A stretch of 64,000 nt of DNA from Camelus ferus (taxonomy: Eukaryota): the NCBI RefSeq assembly GCF_009834535.1, contig NC_045696.1, positions 8,186,001-8,250,000 on the forward strand, read 5' to 3'. The notes below the pieces were generated by a model that did no database searches, was not told the DNA's origin, and saw nothing but the letters and a program-made list of their open reading frames with translations. Position 1 is the stretch's first letter; every line of letters starts with the position of its first letter. Shown piece after piece: positions 1-12,804 of this stretch. Both the position numbers and the translations under genes were made by a program.

Positions 1-85
1 TTTTCCACAGTGGCTGCACCAAACTGCATTCCCACCAGTAGTATAGGAGGGTTCCCTTTTCTCCACAGCCTCTCCAGCATTTTTG
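1..85 (-). mobile_element. L1 3' region fragment (continues off window)
   Basis: Starts TTTTCCACAGTGGCTGCACCAAACT, identical to the L1 end at about 31510. Confidence 0.8.
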
Positions 86-574
86 AGACCTGTGGTTATA
101 AATGTCAAGACAGCACCATCAGCCTCTTGCAATTCCCCCCCAGCATCGTCTGGCCCCCTGTGCAACCAGTGAAGTTGGAGGGCTAGTGTTTTGCCAGGGT
201 CACACAACACAGTGAAAGGTGTTTGCAAAGAACAGATTGTAGTGTAGGGCTGTGGCCTCTAAGGTTAGAAGTAAGGACACTAGGAGTTCGGAGATTCATA
301 ATAAGGGGGAAACAGTAGAGTTGATGGAACAGAGGGCAGCCCTGGAGGGGAAGGCTGGAGACTGGAGCCGATCTGGGTCCTGGGGGTCAGTGTGGGATGC
401 TTTGAGATTGGGGTCTCAGAGTTGCAGGGATGAACCGCATGAAGGGGACAGGGAAATTGTGTTGGTGTGAAGGAGGTCAAGGGATACTGGATGGATCCTG
501 CATGTGGCTACTGACCTCCTAGGTAAGGACAGGCGTGGAGGGAAGGAGATATTGAGCAAAGTGCTGGCCTCAAG

Positions 575-700
575 GTGTGCGCTCCCTGCTGTCACTGCTC
601 TGAAATTCTTGATTTGTGTGTGTGTGTGTGTGTGTGTGTACACACATGCGCGTGCGAGGAAGGGTCCCTATTTTCATTTTGCACTGGGCCCCACAAATTA
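575..700 (+). mobile_element. MER45A-like hAT-Tip100 MITE containing a (TG)n microsatellite (615-639)
   Basis: CTGCTGTC...TGAAATTCTT and TTTTCATTTTGCACTGGGCCCCACAAATTAT match the recalled MER45 ends. Confidence 0.6.
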
Positions 701-749
701 TCAATGAAGGGGCATGTAGGGTGGTTGGGGGAAAGTCTGTTGCTCATAT

Positions 750-912
750 CAGTCGTTCCCAAATTTTTCATGTTAAAATCCCCTGGGGATCTTTAAAAAA
801 GTGGCTCTGTCCCCAAACACTGTGATTTAATTGTGCTGGGGTGTGACCCAATCACTGGGAGTTTTAAAATCTCTCTAGTGATTCCAAAATGCAGCAAAGG
901 TTGGGAGCCATT
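750..912. mobile_element. MER5-like hAT-Charlie MITE
   Basis: CAGTCGTTCCCAAA...GGTTGGGAGCCATTG inverted ends; internal sequence typical of MER5. Confidence 0.6.
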
Positions 913-1009
913 GGGTTATATAATGAGGAGAGTTAATTGGTTAAAAGTGATACAATCTTCAAAAAAGAGCTGGGATTTTTGCGAGAAAAGAGAAGAAAGG
1001 GTTTGGAGA

Positions 1010-1528
1010 TGGCATCGGTTATTGTCCCCCCGCCCCCACCCCTGCCAGATGTCCACATCCTGGTCCCCCGAATCTGTGAATGTTACTTTGTATGGCAAAG
1101 GGGATTTTGCAGATGTGATTAAATTGAGGATCTTGAGATGGGAAGATATTCTGGGATTATCTTGGCGGGCTCAATGTAACCCCAAATGTTCTTACTAGAA
1201 GGAAGCAGGGAGGTCAGAGGCAGAGGGGGATATGAGACAAAAGCAAGGAGAGGGAGGGAGGTTGAGATTGAGACTGCTTTGAAGATGCTCACATCACTGG
1301 CTTTAAAGATGGAGGAAGGGGCCAGGGAGGCTGACCTCCAAAAGCTGGAAAAAAACAAGGAAATGGGTTCTCCTCTAGAACCTTCAGAAAGAGCACAGCT
1401 CTGTTGACATCTTGACTTTAGGACTTCTGACCGTCTGGAATTGTAAATTGATAAATTTGTGTTGTCTTAAGCCATGAAATGTGTGGTAATTTGTTACGGC
1501 AGCAACCAGAAACTGGTACTGATAACAC
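1010..1528 (+). mobile_element. MLT1 (MaLR) solo LTR
   Basis: AGATGTCCACATCCTGGTCCCC...GCAGATGTGATTAAATTGAGGATCTTGAGATGGG...GTGGTAATTTGTTACGGCAGCA. Confidence 0.8.
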
Positions 1529-2127
1529 AGAGGAGTCCCCCCTCGCCTCGAGGACTGAGTGAAAACGCCCTTCACCTGTGCCCAGCACAGCATCCCACAA
1601 AGAATTTGAATTGTGAACAAATCTTAAGAAAAAAACGGCTTTGAGGAAGAAAACTGATACTTTCCAGAGGGTTGAGCAGAAATGAATTAACGGGGAAAAT
1701 CTGCTTGACACATTCCTCTCCTAGAAAATCTGATCTGTTTGGTGGACCAGAGCAGAAGTGACGAGTAAGGTCTTGTGTCCGATCCAAATTCCAGCCATCT
1801 AAACAGCTCTGCGCACCTGTTCACAAGTCATGGGTTCTGACGGGTTTTGATAACTGTGATACTATTTCAGCTGGCTTTGCTCTCACTCAGTGAGGCTACC
1901 ATCCCTTTGTGTTTCCTAAATCATTAGGTTTCGAAGCAAAGCATTCACCAGCAACATGGTATGTTCTGGGCTCTTGTCCAAAAGATGTGTTGCCATCTGG
2001 GGCACTGGACGTCCATGGCATTCCTTCATCCACGTCCTCCAGTGAGTATTTGAGCACCTGTTAGGTTCCAGGAGTGTGAACAAGAGAGAACAGACAGGGG
2101 GAAAGCTCCCCATGGAGTTGCTCCTAG

Positions 2128-2295
2128 CTCTGCTGCTTACAGACTGTGTGGTCTTGGGTAAGGTTCTCAACCTCTCAGTGCCTCCGTTTGCTCGTTTGTA
2201 AGATGGGAGTAATTATAGTGCTTCACTCTTATGGATTTGGTAAGGATTAAATGAGTTAACATTATAAAAGTGCTTAGAGCAGTACTGGCAAGTGC
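2128..2295 (+). mobile_element. MIR SINE core
   Basis: CTGTGTGGTCTTGGGTAAG...CTCAGTGCCTCCGTTTGCTCGTTTGTAAGATGGG...AGGATTAAATGAG. Confidence 0.7.
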
Positions 2296-2894
2296 TAGAC
2301 AGGAGTGCGGGGGAGGGGGTGGTCATCTACAACCACAGTCGTTGCTTACAGCCCTTACTCAGGTCCTTGCGGATAACGGGAGGGGTGCTGAGTACAGCCA
2401 TGACTCAGCCATCACTTCTTCTCTAGGGGCAGCTGACCATGAGGGCAGAGGTGCAGACAGGAAAACCCGTCTCCCGTCCTTCCGTAAAGGAAGCACTCTG
2501 GACTCTGTACTCCTCAGGGCATTTGGGCGGTTGAAGGCGGGCCCGAGCAGGGATGGGGTCCGTTGTCTTCCTGGAAGCAAGGTTAAGGTCAGGCTCCTGC
2601 CCCAAATGAAGAGGTCAACAGACAGATGGCAGCTGCCCTCTGCCTCTTATTCATCCCCAGTTCTTCAGCCCCTGCCCTTCCTGGGGGTGGAAAATACAGT
2701 AGTTCAGGGTCAGAACCATGGGGCTGGGAGTGCCATGGAGGTGGCGGGGAGAAGGCAAATCTCGACTTCGCTGCCATCCCACCCTCCTGTTCCCTGTGCC
2801 GCACATCTGAGTGCAGAGCACGGGGCCATCCAAGGTCCCAGCAGGGCTTACCTAGTCAGAGAGGAGGCAGGGCAAGCAGGTGTGGGCTGGCTAT

Positions 2895-5000
2895 CCTTTA
2901 TTGTGGTAAGGAACACGTAACATAAAACATACCATCTTAACCACTTTTAAGTGTGCAATACAGCGGTGTTAACTATGTGCCTATCATTGTGAAAGATCTC
3001 TAGAACTTTCTCACCTTGCGTAACTGACACTCTTCCCCTTGACCCAAAACTCCCCAAGTCCCCCTCTCTCCAGCCCCCAGCAACCACATTCTACTTTGCT
3101 TTTCTGAATTTGACCCCTTTAGACACCTCCCAGTGGGAATCACACAGTATTTCTTTGACTGGCTTATTTCATTTAACATAATGCCCTCAAGGCTCACCCA
3201 GGTTGCAGCGTAGGATAGGATTCCCATTCTCAAGGCTGAGTAATATTCCTCTGTAGGTACAGTCCATGTTTCTTTATCCTTTTGTCTGTCAGTGGCTACT
3301 TAGTTTGCTTGTGCCTCAGGGCTCTCGTGAATGATGCTGCAACTGCCGTGGACATGTTTATAGTACTTCTTAAAGCAGGATTATTGTTAGGGATCTCAGA
3401 AATCATCTGGTCCAACTCAGTTATTTTGCACATGAGTGTTCATGCTGCATGTCGATGCCTGAATGGGGATGGAAGCAAGTCTTCAAGGTACCAGTTTAAT
3501 CTTCTTTCTACTGCATCACTGTCTTGACTTGTACCAAGGTTAGAACCACTAGCAGGTCCATTCATGTCATATTACTATTAAACCATCCAGGAGGGTCATT
3601 ATATTTTTTCCCCAGCTTTGAGATATAATGCACAAACAACATAAGTTTAAGGTGTCCAATACAACGATTTGATTGATATATTGCAAAGTGATCACCACAC
3701 TAAATTTAGTTAACATCCATCACCTCACATGGTTACACATTTTTCTTCTTGAGATGAGCCCTTTTAAAATTTACGCCCCGAGCAACTTTCAGACGTATAA
3801 TACAGTACTGACTACAGTCACCAGGCTGTGTATTATGTCTCACTGCTTACTTATCTTATACCTGGAAGTTTGTACATTTTGACCCCCTCCATCATTCCCT
3901 CCCACCCCCCCAACCGGCAACCACCATCTGTTCTATTTCTATGCATCTGGTTTTTTTTTAGATTCCACATATGACATCCTCCATGAGATTTTTCTTTCTC
4001 TTTCTGATTTATGTCACTTAGCATGATGCCCTCAAAGTTGTTGTTATTACAGATAACAAGATTTCCTTCTTTTTCATGGCTGAATGATATCCCACTGAAC
4101 ATATACCACAGTTTCTTTATTCATTCATCCATCAGTGGACACTTAGGTTGTTTCCATGTCTTGACTGTTGTAAATAGTACTGCCATGAACATAGGGGTGC
4201 ACACATCTCTTTGAGATAATGTTTTCATTTTCTTTGGATTAATACCCAGAAGTAGATTTACTGGATCATATGGTAGTTCTATTTTTAATTTTTAAAGGAA
4301 CCTCTGTACTGTTTTGCATAGTGGCTGCACCAATTTACATTCCCACCGACAGTGCACAGGGTTCCCTCTCTCCGCATTTGTTATCTCTTGCATCCTGGAT
4401 GATAGACATCCAACCCATGTGATGTGATAGCTCATGATCTTGATTTGCACTTTCTTGATAATTAGTGATGTGAAGCACCTTTTCATGTACCTGTTGATCA
4501 CTTGTGTATCTTTTTTTGGGGAAAATGTCTATTCAGGCCCTTTGCCCATTTTTAAATTGGATAATTTGTTTTTGGCTCTTGAGTTGTATGAGTTCTTTAC
4601 ATATTTTGATTTTAACCCCTTATAAGAGACATGGTTTGCAAATTTCTTTTCCATTTTGTAGGTTTCATTTTGTTGTTGGTTTCCTCTGCTGTGCAGGAGC
4701 TTTTTAGTTTGATGTAGTCACACTGGCTTAGTTTTTATTTTATTGCTTATGCTTTAGGTGTCAAATCAAAAAAAAAATCACTGCCAAGACTCATGTCAGG
4801 GAGCTTTTTTTCTTATGTTTTCTTCTAGGAGTTTTATGGCCTCCAGGCTTACATTTAAGCCCTATCCATTTCGAGCTAATTTTTGTGAGTGGTGTAAGCT
4901 AGGAGTCTAGTTTCATTTTTCAAAAACATGTGAATAATCAGTTTTCCCAGCACTGTGTATTGAAGAGACTGTCTTTTCTCCAGTGAGTATTCTTGTCAAA
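2895..5000 (-). mobile_element. Two L1 3'-end fragments (about 2895-3350 and 3605-5000)
   Basis: Antisense L1 3'UTR and ORF2 C-terminal remnants (e.g. ...WECKLVQPLCKTVQRFL). Confidence 0.8.
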
Positions 5001-5463
5001 GATGAGTCGAATGTACACATGTGAGTAAGAGGGCTATTCTTGAGGCCACCATGGTGTCTGTCCCTTTGGCGCCCTGGACCTGGTTTGTAGCCTCTGTGTT
5101 CATGGTGATCCAGGGGAAAGCGGTGCTGCTTATTGTAAACACTGCTGACTTGGAGCAAGACATTCTTCCTGCAGATGTGGTGTGAACCGGTTTCAGTGTG
5201 AATCTGAAAAGCTGGGCTCCTTGCCCGGAAGGGGAATCAGCCACGCCTATGCTCGGCTGGGGAAGGGTTCCTGGGAGGCCGGTAAAGCACCCAAGCTGGC
5301 AAGGCGGGAAGTGTGGGTCGAAGGGCGTCCCTGCTTGCTCTGGAACAGTATTGCCAAGGCTGGGAAACCAGCCATTCTTATTCTTTCCTCATGAGTAATA
5401 AGTATTACTTCCTTGGAGAGTAATTAGGTCCTATCTATTGCAATTAAAAATACACACCTCCTA

Positions 5464-5610
5464 AGGGGGGAGGCTATAGCTCAGTGATGGAGTGTGTGCT
5501 TAGCATGCATGAGATCCTAGTTTCAATCTCCAGTATCTCCATTAAAAAAAAAAGCCTAATTACCACTGCGCCCCTACCCACGTACCCAAACTTCATCCAA
5601 CATAAAAATA
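5464..5610 (+). mobile_element. tRNA-derived SINE (Vic-1 type)
   Basis: GGGGGAGGCTATAGCTCAGTG...TTTCAATCTCCAGTATCTCC plus A tail; flanked by duplicated AATACACACCTC. Confidence 0.8.
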
Positions 5611-5966
5611 ATACACACCTCTTCCTGGAAGGGAAATTGTTGGGGTAATTTATCCTACAGATAACTTCCTGTGGGTGTGAAATGATGGCCAGACAAGGAT
5701 GTTCCTTAAAAGCAGCTGCCAGCCAAGTTGTTGCAAAGGTCACAAATTACCTAACAAGACAATAATGGTTGCAAATTATTTGAAGTGATAAATTTTAGCT
5801 TGTTTACCATCACTGAAAATGTACACGTGTTTAAATTATATTTGAACACTGTTTATATGCCTTTCTCTGTAAACCTCAGTAATTATTTGCACCCAAATTT
5901 AAGTATGTAGTATGTGGCAGAAGACAGTGCCCTCTGGTGGTCTGCTGGCTACACTTCATGCCATCT

Positions 5967-6396
5967 GTATCTTACCTGGGGCTGCCATAACAAAGTACCA
6001 AAAAACGTGTGGCTTAAAACAACAGGAATTTACTTTCTCACAGTTCTGGAAGCCAGAAGTCCTGTATCAAGATGTTGGCAGGACCATATTCTCTCTTAAA
6101 GCTCTAGCAAAGAACCCTTCCTTGCCTCTTCCAGCTTCTGCTTGTTGCCAGCAGTCCTTGGATTTCCTTGGCTGACGTCAGCGTCCCGCCAATCTCTGCC
6201 TCCACCCTCATATGTGTCTCTGTGTGTCCTCTCCCCTTCTTCAAGGGGCACTAGTCATTGGATTTAGGATCTGCCCTAATCCAGCATGACCTCATCTTAA
6301 CTAATTACATCTGCAAAGAATTTTTTCCAAATAGAGTCACATTCTGAGGTTGTGGGAGGACACGAATTTTGCTGGGACACTATCCAACCTGCCACA
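5967..6396 (-). mobile_element. MLT1 solo LTR
   Basis: GGGGCTGCCATAACAAAGTACCA...CTCACAGTTCTGGAAGCCAGAAGTCC...ACATCTGCAAAGA. Confidence 0.8.
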
Positions 6397-7757
6397 GAAT
6401 CTTTAACCTTTCTGTTGATTCATTTCAGTTAGTCTAATCAACGGCTTTGTCCCCACTTGTTCATCACGAATAAGGATTCTTGCCTACATACATAACATTT
6501 AATTTTATTTTGCTATAATTTGTTCCTATAGTCACACTTTTTTTCTATCATCATAGAAATTACATATGATAGCTTTACTATTTTTGTTATCTGGTATTAA
6601 GTGCCTCTAAAGAGAACTTGATTGGATTGTTAACTTTCTCTTCCCTTTGTCCCTTCCTGTCTTGAAAAAAAAGATAGCTAAATCTTTAATTAAAGATTCT
6701 GTCTTTAATCTTAAGCTCTCAGCACTAACACAAGGCTTGCTACACTGTAGAGCCAAGCTTGGGGGACCCCTTTTGAAAGTGGACTTTTTTAAAAACATCT
6801 AGGTAGGCACACTTTCACTGCTTTCTGCTCCTCTCTGTTTCAACTGGTGATGGGTACACCGAATTATCAGTGGTCTATAGAAGAGAGGATTCTTTAGCAA
6901 CCATTTTCCAGAGACATTGTATTCCTTGGGAAAGAATCTTTGTGCTGCTGTCAAAAGATACATTTACCCTCTGCTATTTAGCGACTCCTGTTCTTTGAAC
7001 TTACCCTTAAAAAAAACCCCAGCTTTATTAAGAGATAATTCACGTACTGAATAATGGACCCATTTGAAGTGTACGATTCAATGGTTTTAGTATGTTCCCA
7101 GAATTGTGCAACCATCACCACAATTTTAGAATACTGTCATGAGCCCCAAATGACCCCATACGCATTAGTAGTTACATCCATTCCCCCAGCCCTAGGCAAC
7201 CACTAACCTAATTTCTGTCTGTAATGTGACTATTCTGAACATTTCAGATGAATGGAATCATAAGATATGTGTTCTTTTGTGACTGACTTCTTTTACTTAT
7301 ATCATTCTGTTTCAAGGTTTATTTATGTTGTAGTGTATTATTAGCTTTTGGACTTCACATTTAGCAAGTCTGATTTTTGATGGAATTTTATAATGAGCGT
7401 ATAGTTCATAGAAATATTTATTTCTAAAGGTATTAATTGAACATAGTAAAATTGATACAATAAATCCATTATAGACTTTGTGGCTTTAGAAATCAGTTAT
7501 TCAAAACTACATATAAATGCAAATATTGGCAGTTTTTCAGAATTTTAATTAATAAAACATCTCAATATTCTGTTTTACTCATCTATGCTTAATTAAAAAT
7601 TATTTAAAGTGTTAAGTGGCTGATGTAAAATATACATATTTTTTGAAATAGCAGATTTCTGAAGCTGTAAGTCTCCAATCCCTTAAATAATTTAGATATA
7701 AACAGAATATTACAGATAAGTTCCCCTTTACCAATTTTAATTGTAAGATGGAAGCTG

Positions 7758-8270
7758 TGTATTAGAAGCTTACTGTTGCATAACAAATTACTCTAGAACT
7801 TAGTGGTTTAAATCAAGAAACATTTGTTTTTCCATAGTTTCTGTAGATCAGGAATTTGGGCATGGGTTAGCCTGGTAGTTCGGGCTCAAGGCTCATGAGG
7901 AGGCAGGTGGATGCCCATCGGGGCTGCAGCCCTCTGAAGGCTTGTCTGCGGCCGGAGGACCCCTTCCAAGGTGGCTGACTCATATGGCTCTTGGTTGGAG
8001 GCTTCAGTTCTTAGCCAAGTGGACCTCTCCACAGCCTGCTTGGGCATCCTCAAAATATGGCAGCTGACTTCCTCCAGAGCGAGCAATCCAGGGGACACTG
8101 AGAAAGACAGAAGCCAAAGTGTCTTTTATGACCTAGTCTCACAAGTAACGTAACATTGCTTTGCCGTGTCTGTCAGTCACATAGGCCAACTCTGATCTCA
8201 TGTGGGAGGAGCCTACAAAGGGCAATGAATAAGAGGCAGGGGTCAGGTGACAGTCTTGGCTGGCTACTAC
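7758..8270 (-). mobile_element. MLT1 (F/G-like) solo LTR
   Basis: TGTTGCATAACAAATTACTCTAGAACTTAGTGG...CAAGGTGGCTGACTCATATGGC. Confidence 0.7.
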
Positions 8271-8444
8271 GAGCTGGAAAGTCATCTGAATCCCCAGACT
8301 GACAGTCCAAAAATAATCTGAAGTCAATCATTAGGTAAAGATTGGGTCAACTCTAGTTTTTGTTTTTGTTAATTGGCATTTGAACACTTGAACTGAAAGA
8401 ATATTTCAGGGACTGTATGAAAATATACTTTATATGTGGGTGTG

Positions 8445-8890
8445 TTGATGACAGGTTGAAATCATAATTGATGAATCATAGCTCAGGCATACAAAATGGT
8501 AAAGAGAGGCCATTGAGGACCTGGTCTCAGACACGTCCCCACACCCCTGAGAACCTGAACTTTCTGAAATGTACCAAACCTAAGGGCACATCTGCTGGCT
8601 ACAACCTCATGGTCTCAAGGTTCCCCCTTGTAACTTTGTAACCATTCACCCCAAACTGTCCTTGCTTAATAAGCAATCTCACTTTTTCCCAGTTCCATTC
8701 ATAATTCTTGTCAGTTTGTGTAACTAACTGTGGCCTTACTTTTTTTGCCTTTATAAACCTCCTCCCTTTTGTAGTCCAGTGGAACACAATTCAAGTGCAT
8801 TTTGAATCTCTCCCAGGCCGCAGTCCAAACAAACCTCAAATAAATGCCTCTTTATTTCAATCAGTTCTTTGCTTCTGAAATTTTGGTTTA
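8445..8890 (+). mobile_element. ERV-type solo LTR
   Basis: TG start, TATAAA at about 8752 and AATAAA at about 8839 in LTR-like spacing; family not identified. Confidence 0.45.
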
Positions 8891-8971
8891 TAGTGTACAT
8901 ATATAAATGTATAATGAAAATGTTTGTGCATTGAAAGCAGAAACTCAGCTTTTAAAAAAGAGTTGAGGGGC

Positions 8972-9050
8972 TGGGGGGGGGTCCAGCTCAGTGGTAGAGC
9001 ATGAGCTTTGCATGAGTGAGGTCCCCAGTACCTCTATTTAAAAAATAAAA
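8972..9050 (+). mobile_element. Internally deleted Vic-1-type SINE
   Basis: AGCTCAGTGGTAGAGCATG...GAGGTCCCCAGTACCTCTATTTAAAAAATAAAA. Confidence 0.7.
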
Positions 9051-9204
9051 GGACATTTAAAAAATTTTTTTTAGAGTTTAGAAATTGTGTACTAGCAGTC
9101 ACTAGTCAGTCTTATAAACTGAGTCCTAAAGAAGAATTATACAGTTAGCAGAGCAGTATCGTCACATGCTTCAGGAAGGACTGCATCATTATTTTGAAAT
9201 AAAA

Positions 9205-9510
9205 CTATGCTGTCTAGTATGGCAGTCATGACCGCACGTGGTTATCAAACACTTGAAATATAGCTGGTTTGCACTGAGATGTGGCATCCATGTTAAAATT
9301 TCAAAGACTTAGTACAAAAAATTGTAAATGATCTCACTGTGATTTTTTATTCTCATTACATGTTGCAGTGATGGTATTTTGGTTGTGTTGGGTTAAATAA
9401 AATGTTAGCATGAATTTCACCCGTTGGTTTTTACTTGAACGTAGCTACTACGAAATTTAAAGTTATATGAGCTTTTGTGGCTCACATTCTTTCTTCTGGA
9501 GAGTGCTGAT
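9205..9510. mobile_element. MER33-like hAT-Charlie element
   Basis: CACTTGAAATATAGCTGG...CAAAGACTTAGTACAAAAAA...GTGGCTCACATT. Confidence 0.55.
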
Positions 9511-10221
9511 TTGGAATGGAAAAGCTTGATTGGATTTAAAATCCATTTGTAATATCATAAGAAAATCGATGAATAGAAACAAAAGCCACTAGATTTAAAG
9601 GACAGCTTGTTCTCCTGAAACTATGAGTCAAAGAGATTGAATTATCTGAAATCTCGTTAATGGTGAGAACAGACAATTTCTGGAAACTGGGGAGGAGCTG
9701 TCTCCTGTTTGTTACTACCTGCTTGTGCAAAAGAAGTCCCTCATCAGTGGTAACTCTAAAAACCTGAAGAGATCATCTTTAAAAAGTCATCTTGATCAGG
9801 AGTTGCACCTACAGTTAGTCCTCATTATTTGTGGACCCCTATGTGTGAAGTTTCCTACTTGCTTAAATCTGTTTGTAAACCCCCCGCCCCCCAGTCCTGC
9901 TTAGTGCGTTCACGGTCGCTTGCAGACATGCCCAGGATGGTGAAAAGTTTGATTCGCCCAACATGCAGGTTTCCAGCTGAGGCTGAGAAATGGGGAACTC
10001 TGCCTTCTTGTTTCTTCTCTCATACTGTAAATAATTGTCCTTTTCATGGTTTACTAACTGCCATATTTTTGGCATTTTTGTGCTTTTTGTTGTGGATTTT
10101 TCTGTGTGATGTGGCCCAGGCACGGTGCTGAAGTGCTGCTCATGTTCCCAAGTGCAGGAGGCTTTAAGGTGCCTTATGGAGAAAATACGCGTGTTAGATA
10201 GGTTTCCTTCAGGCATGAGTT

Positions 10222-10728
10222 TGTAGAGGAGGAAAAATAATTTTCCCTCTTCTCTTCTGGGTCTTAGCTGAGACCCCTGTAATAAAAGATTAACAGGAGA
10301 AAAATGAACAGAAGTTTATTAAAATGCCCCCTTATAGGAGATACCCAGAGAAGATGAGTAAGAATTCAGGATTAAATACCATCTTAATAAAGAAGGAGGG
10401 ATACAGGGATATAGGCCTCAAAGGGGAGAGTAAGTCGTTTTTAGGGAAGATATCGGGGTGTGATGGTTTACGACATTTGTCCGGGTGAGATGCCGACTGC
10501 TAGCCTCCTCTCCTGGGACGAGAGTCAGTCTTCCCGGGAGGAGACTGAGGACAATTTGGGAGGGGCTGTCTGAATAAGGGAAATTCACAGAAAGCCTCTT
10601 CTCACATTTGCCGTTTCCCAAGTGCCTGCAGCTACAACTGATCAATATTACCAACGTGGCACATTTTGGGGTAGCATGTCCCGAATGCCTTCGGTCGTAT
10701 TTTGGAGTGGCATATTCTGCCACCTTCA
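10222..10728 (-). mobile_element. ERV1-type solo LTR inserted in the Tigger element
   Basis: TG...CA ends; 4-bp TSD AGTT (10218-10221 / 10729-10732). Confidence 0.75.
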
Positions 10729-11250
10729 AGTTTCAGGGATGTTATACTGTGAGTCCAATGTTATTGGATCAACAATATGGTACATCCAGGAAAAGGGAGA
10801 GGAAATTCACCGACCTGTGCATGAGGATGCTCTGGAAAGTGCTCAGGTAACACCTGCATTATGTGATGAAGTTCTAAGGAAAAGATGGAAAGGTGGCTAA
10901 ATTCGTGGGTTTGAGAGATGATGACTGATTTTTTTAAAGTGTAGTGGAGAGCGTGATTGTGAGGCTGAAAGCCAAAGAAATTTACAGTCACATTATGCAG
11001 GATCACGTAAATTGTTCAGTCCTTTTTGGCTAGCGCTTGCTGGCTTGCAGGCCTTGAAAGGAAAGGGTTACGTGGAAGAGCAGGTTTTCAATGTTAATAA
11101 AACTGCCTTGTTTTACAAGGAGGTTGGCAAATGATCTCATGTAACACAGATGGAATTTTGGTGAAAAAATGTTCTGACCAGAGGCTTGCAGGAAACTGCC
11201 CCAAGAAGCAATAGTTCAGTATCCACTAATTCAGTATTTGCAGCTACTTT

Positions 11251-11941
11251 AAAAAAATTTTATTTTCTGTTGAAGTGTAGTTGATTTACAATGTTAGTTT
11301 CAGGTGAACAGCAAAGTGATTCAGTTATAAATATACATATATATATATTTTTCAGATTCTTTTCCATTACATGTTGTTAGAAGAAATTGAATACAGTTCC
11401 CTGTGCTATACAGTAGATCCTTGTTGTTTATCTATTTTATATATAGTAGTGTGTATCTGTTAATCCCAAATTCCTAATTTATCCCTCCCTTGCCCTTTCC
11501 CGTCTAGTAATTATAGTTTGTTTTCAGTGTCTGTGAGTCTATTTTTGTTTTGTAAATAAAATTTGTATTATGTTTTTAAGATTCTACATATAAGTGATAT
11601 CATGATATTTGTCTTTCTCTGACTGACTTACTTCACTTATATGATAATCTCCAGGAGCATCCATGCTACTGCAAATGGCATTATTTCATTCTTTTTTATG
11701 GCTGAGTAGTATTCCATTGTATATATATAACATCTTCTTTATCCAGTTATCTGTCAATGGGTATTTAGGTTGCTTCCATGTCTTGGCTATTGTAAATAGT
11801 GCTGCTATGAACATTGGGGTGCATGTGTATTTTTGAATTAGAGTTCCCTCTGGGTATATGCCCAGCAGTGGGATTGCTGGATCGTACGGTAAGTCTATTT
11901 TTAGTTTTTTAAGGAACCTCCATACTGTCTTCCATGGTGGC
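11251..11941 (-). mobile_element. 5'-truncated L1 inserted in the Tigger element
   Basis: ORF2 C-terminus (KIDLPYDPAIPLLGIYP...CTPMFIAALFTIAKTWKQP); 13-bp TSD TTGCAGCTACTTT. Confidence 0.9.
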
Positions 11942-12439
11942 TTGCAGCTACTTTTTAGAACATAACTACTTTGAACAATGAGAATTAACTCTGTTGCAAG
12001 CATTCAGTCTGATATTAAAAATAAAAAATTGAAGGAAAAAAATCAAGTTTCTTGCTTAAAAAATTGAAAAGACTGGAAGTTCTATACAAATTCAATGTGT
12101 AATATTTTCCCAAGTGCTTCGTATTTTATCCTTATAATTATGTAATATAAGATAGTCATCTTTTCTATCAAAGCTCAGTGTGTGTGGCCTCAGTGCCTCC
12201 AATTCCCTTCCATGTCCTACAGCAACATGAGCATATCTGTGTGTGCTATCAGATGAGACAAACTGGGAAGTCCTACATCACAGACTTACTTATAACTCGT
12301 TTACATGAGACTCAAACAGCCTAATGATTATTCTTAAATGAGTGGTTTAATAGCCAAATGATGGGATGCTATGTAGCCATTAAAAAGAATAAGGCAACTC
12401 TAAATGCAGTGAGAGAGAAGAGGCTTCAAAATATAAGAA

Positions 12440-12750
12440 ATGATAAGAGACAAACGAACTTATTTACAAAACAGCAACAGACTCACAGACACAGAAAACA
12501 AACTTATGGTTAGCAGAGGGGAAGGGGGTGGGAAGGGATAAATTGGGAGTTTGAGATCTGCAGATACTACTATATATAAAATAGATAAACAACAAGGTCC
12601 TACTGTACAGCACAGGGAACTATATTCAATATCTTTTAGTAACTTATAGTGAAAAAGAATATGAAAACAAATATATGTATGTTCATGTATTATGCTGTAC
12701 ACCAGAAATTGACACAACATTGTAAACTGACTATATTTCAATAAATATAT
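12440..12750 (+). mobile_element. L1 3'UTR end
   Basis: AGACTCACAGACACAGAAAACAAACTTATGGTT...CAAGGTCCTACTGTACAGCACAGGGAAC. Confidence 0.8.
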
Positions 12751-12804
12751 GTACATGCAAAATATATATATATTAAATGAGAAAAGCATTGTACCATATA
12801 GGGT

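Larger units (their letters stand above)
9811..11993. mobile_element. TcMar-Tigger element (MER82/Tigger6-like) in three pieces
   Basis: Pieces 9811-10221, 10729-11250 and 11942-11993; imperfect inverted ends CAGTTAGTCCTCATTATT / AACAATGAGAATTAACTCTG. Confidence 0.7.

Noticed and set aside
2270..2920. 216-aa ORF
   Set aside because: Non-ATG start inside a MIR, ends in L1; no recognisable motif or exon context.
5464..5545. tRNA gene (also at 8972, 20975, 61655, 63306)
   Set aside because: A/B-box-like heads with A-rich tails and, in several copies, TSDs: tRNA-derived SINEs.
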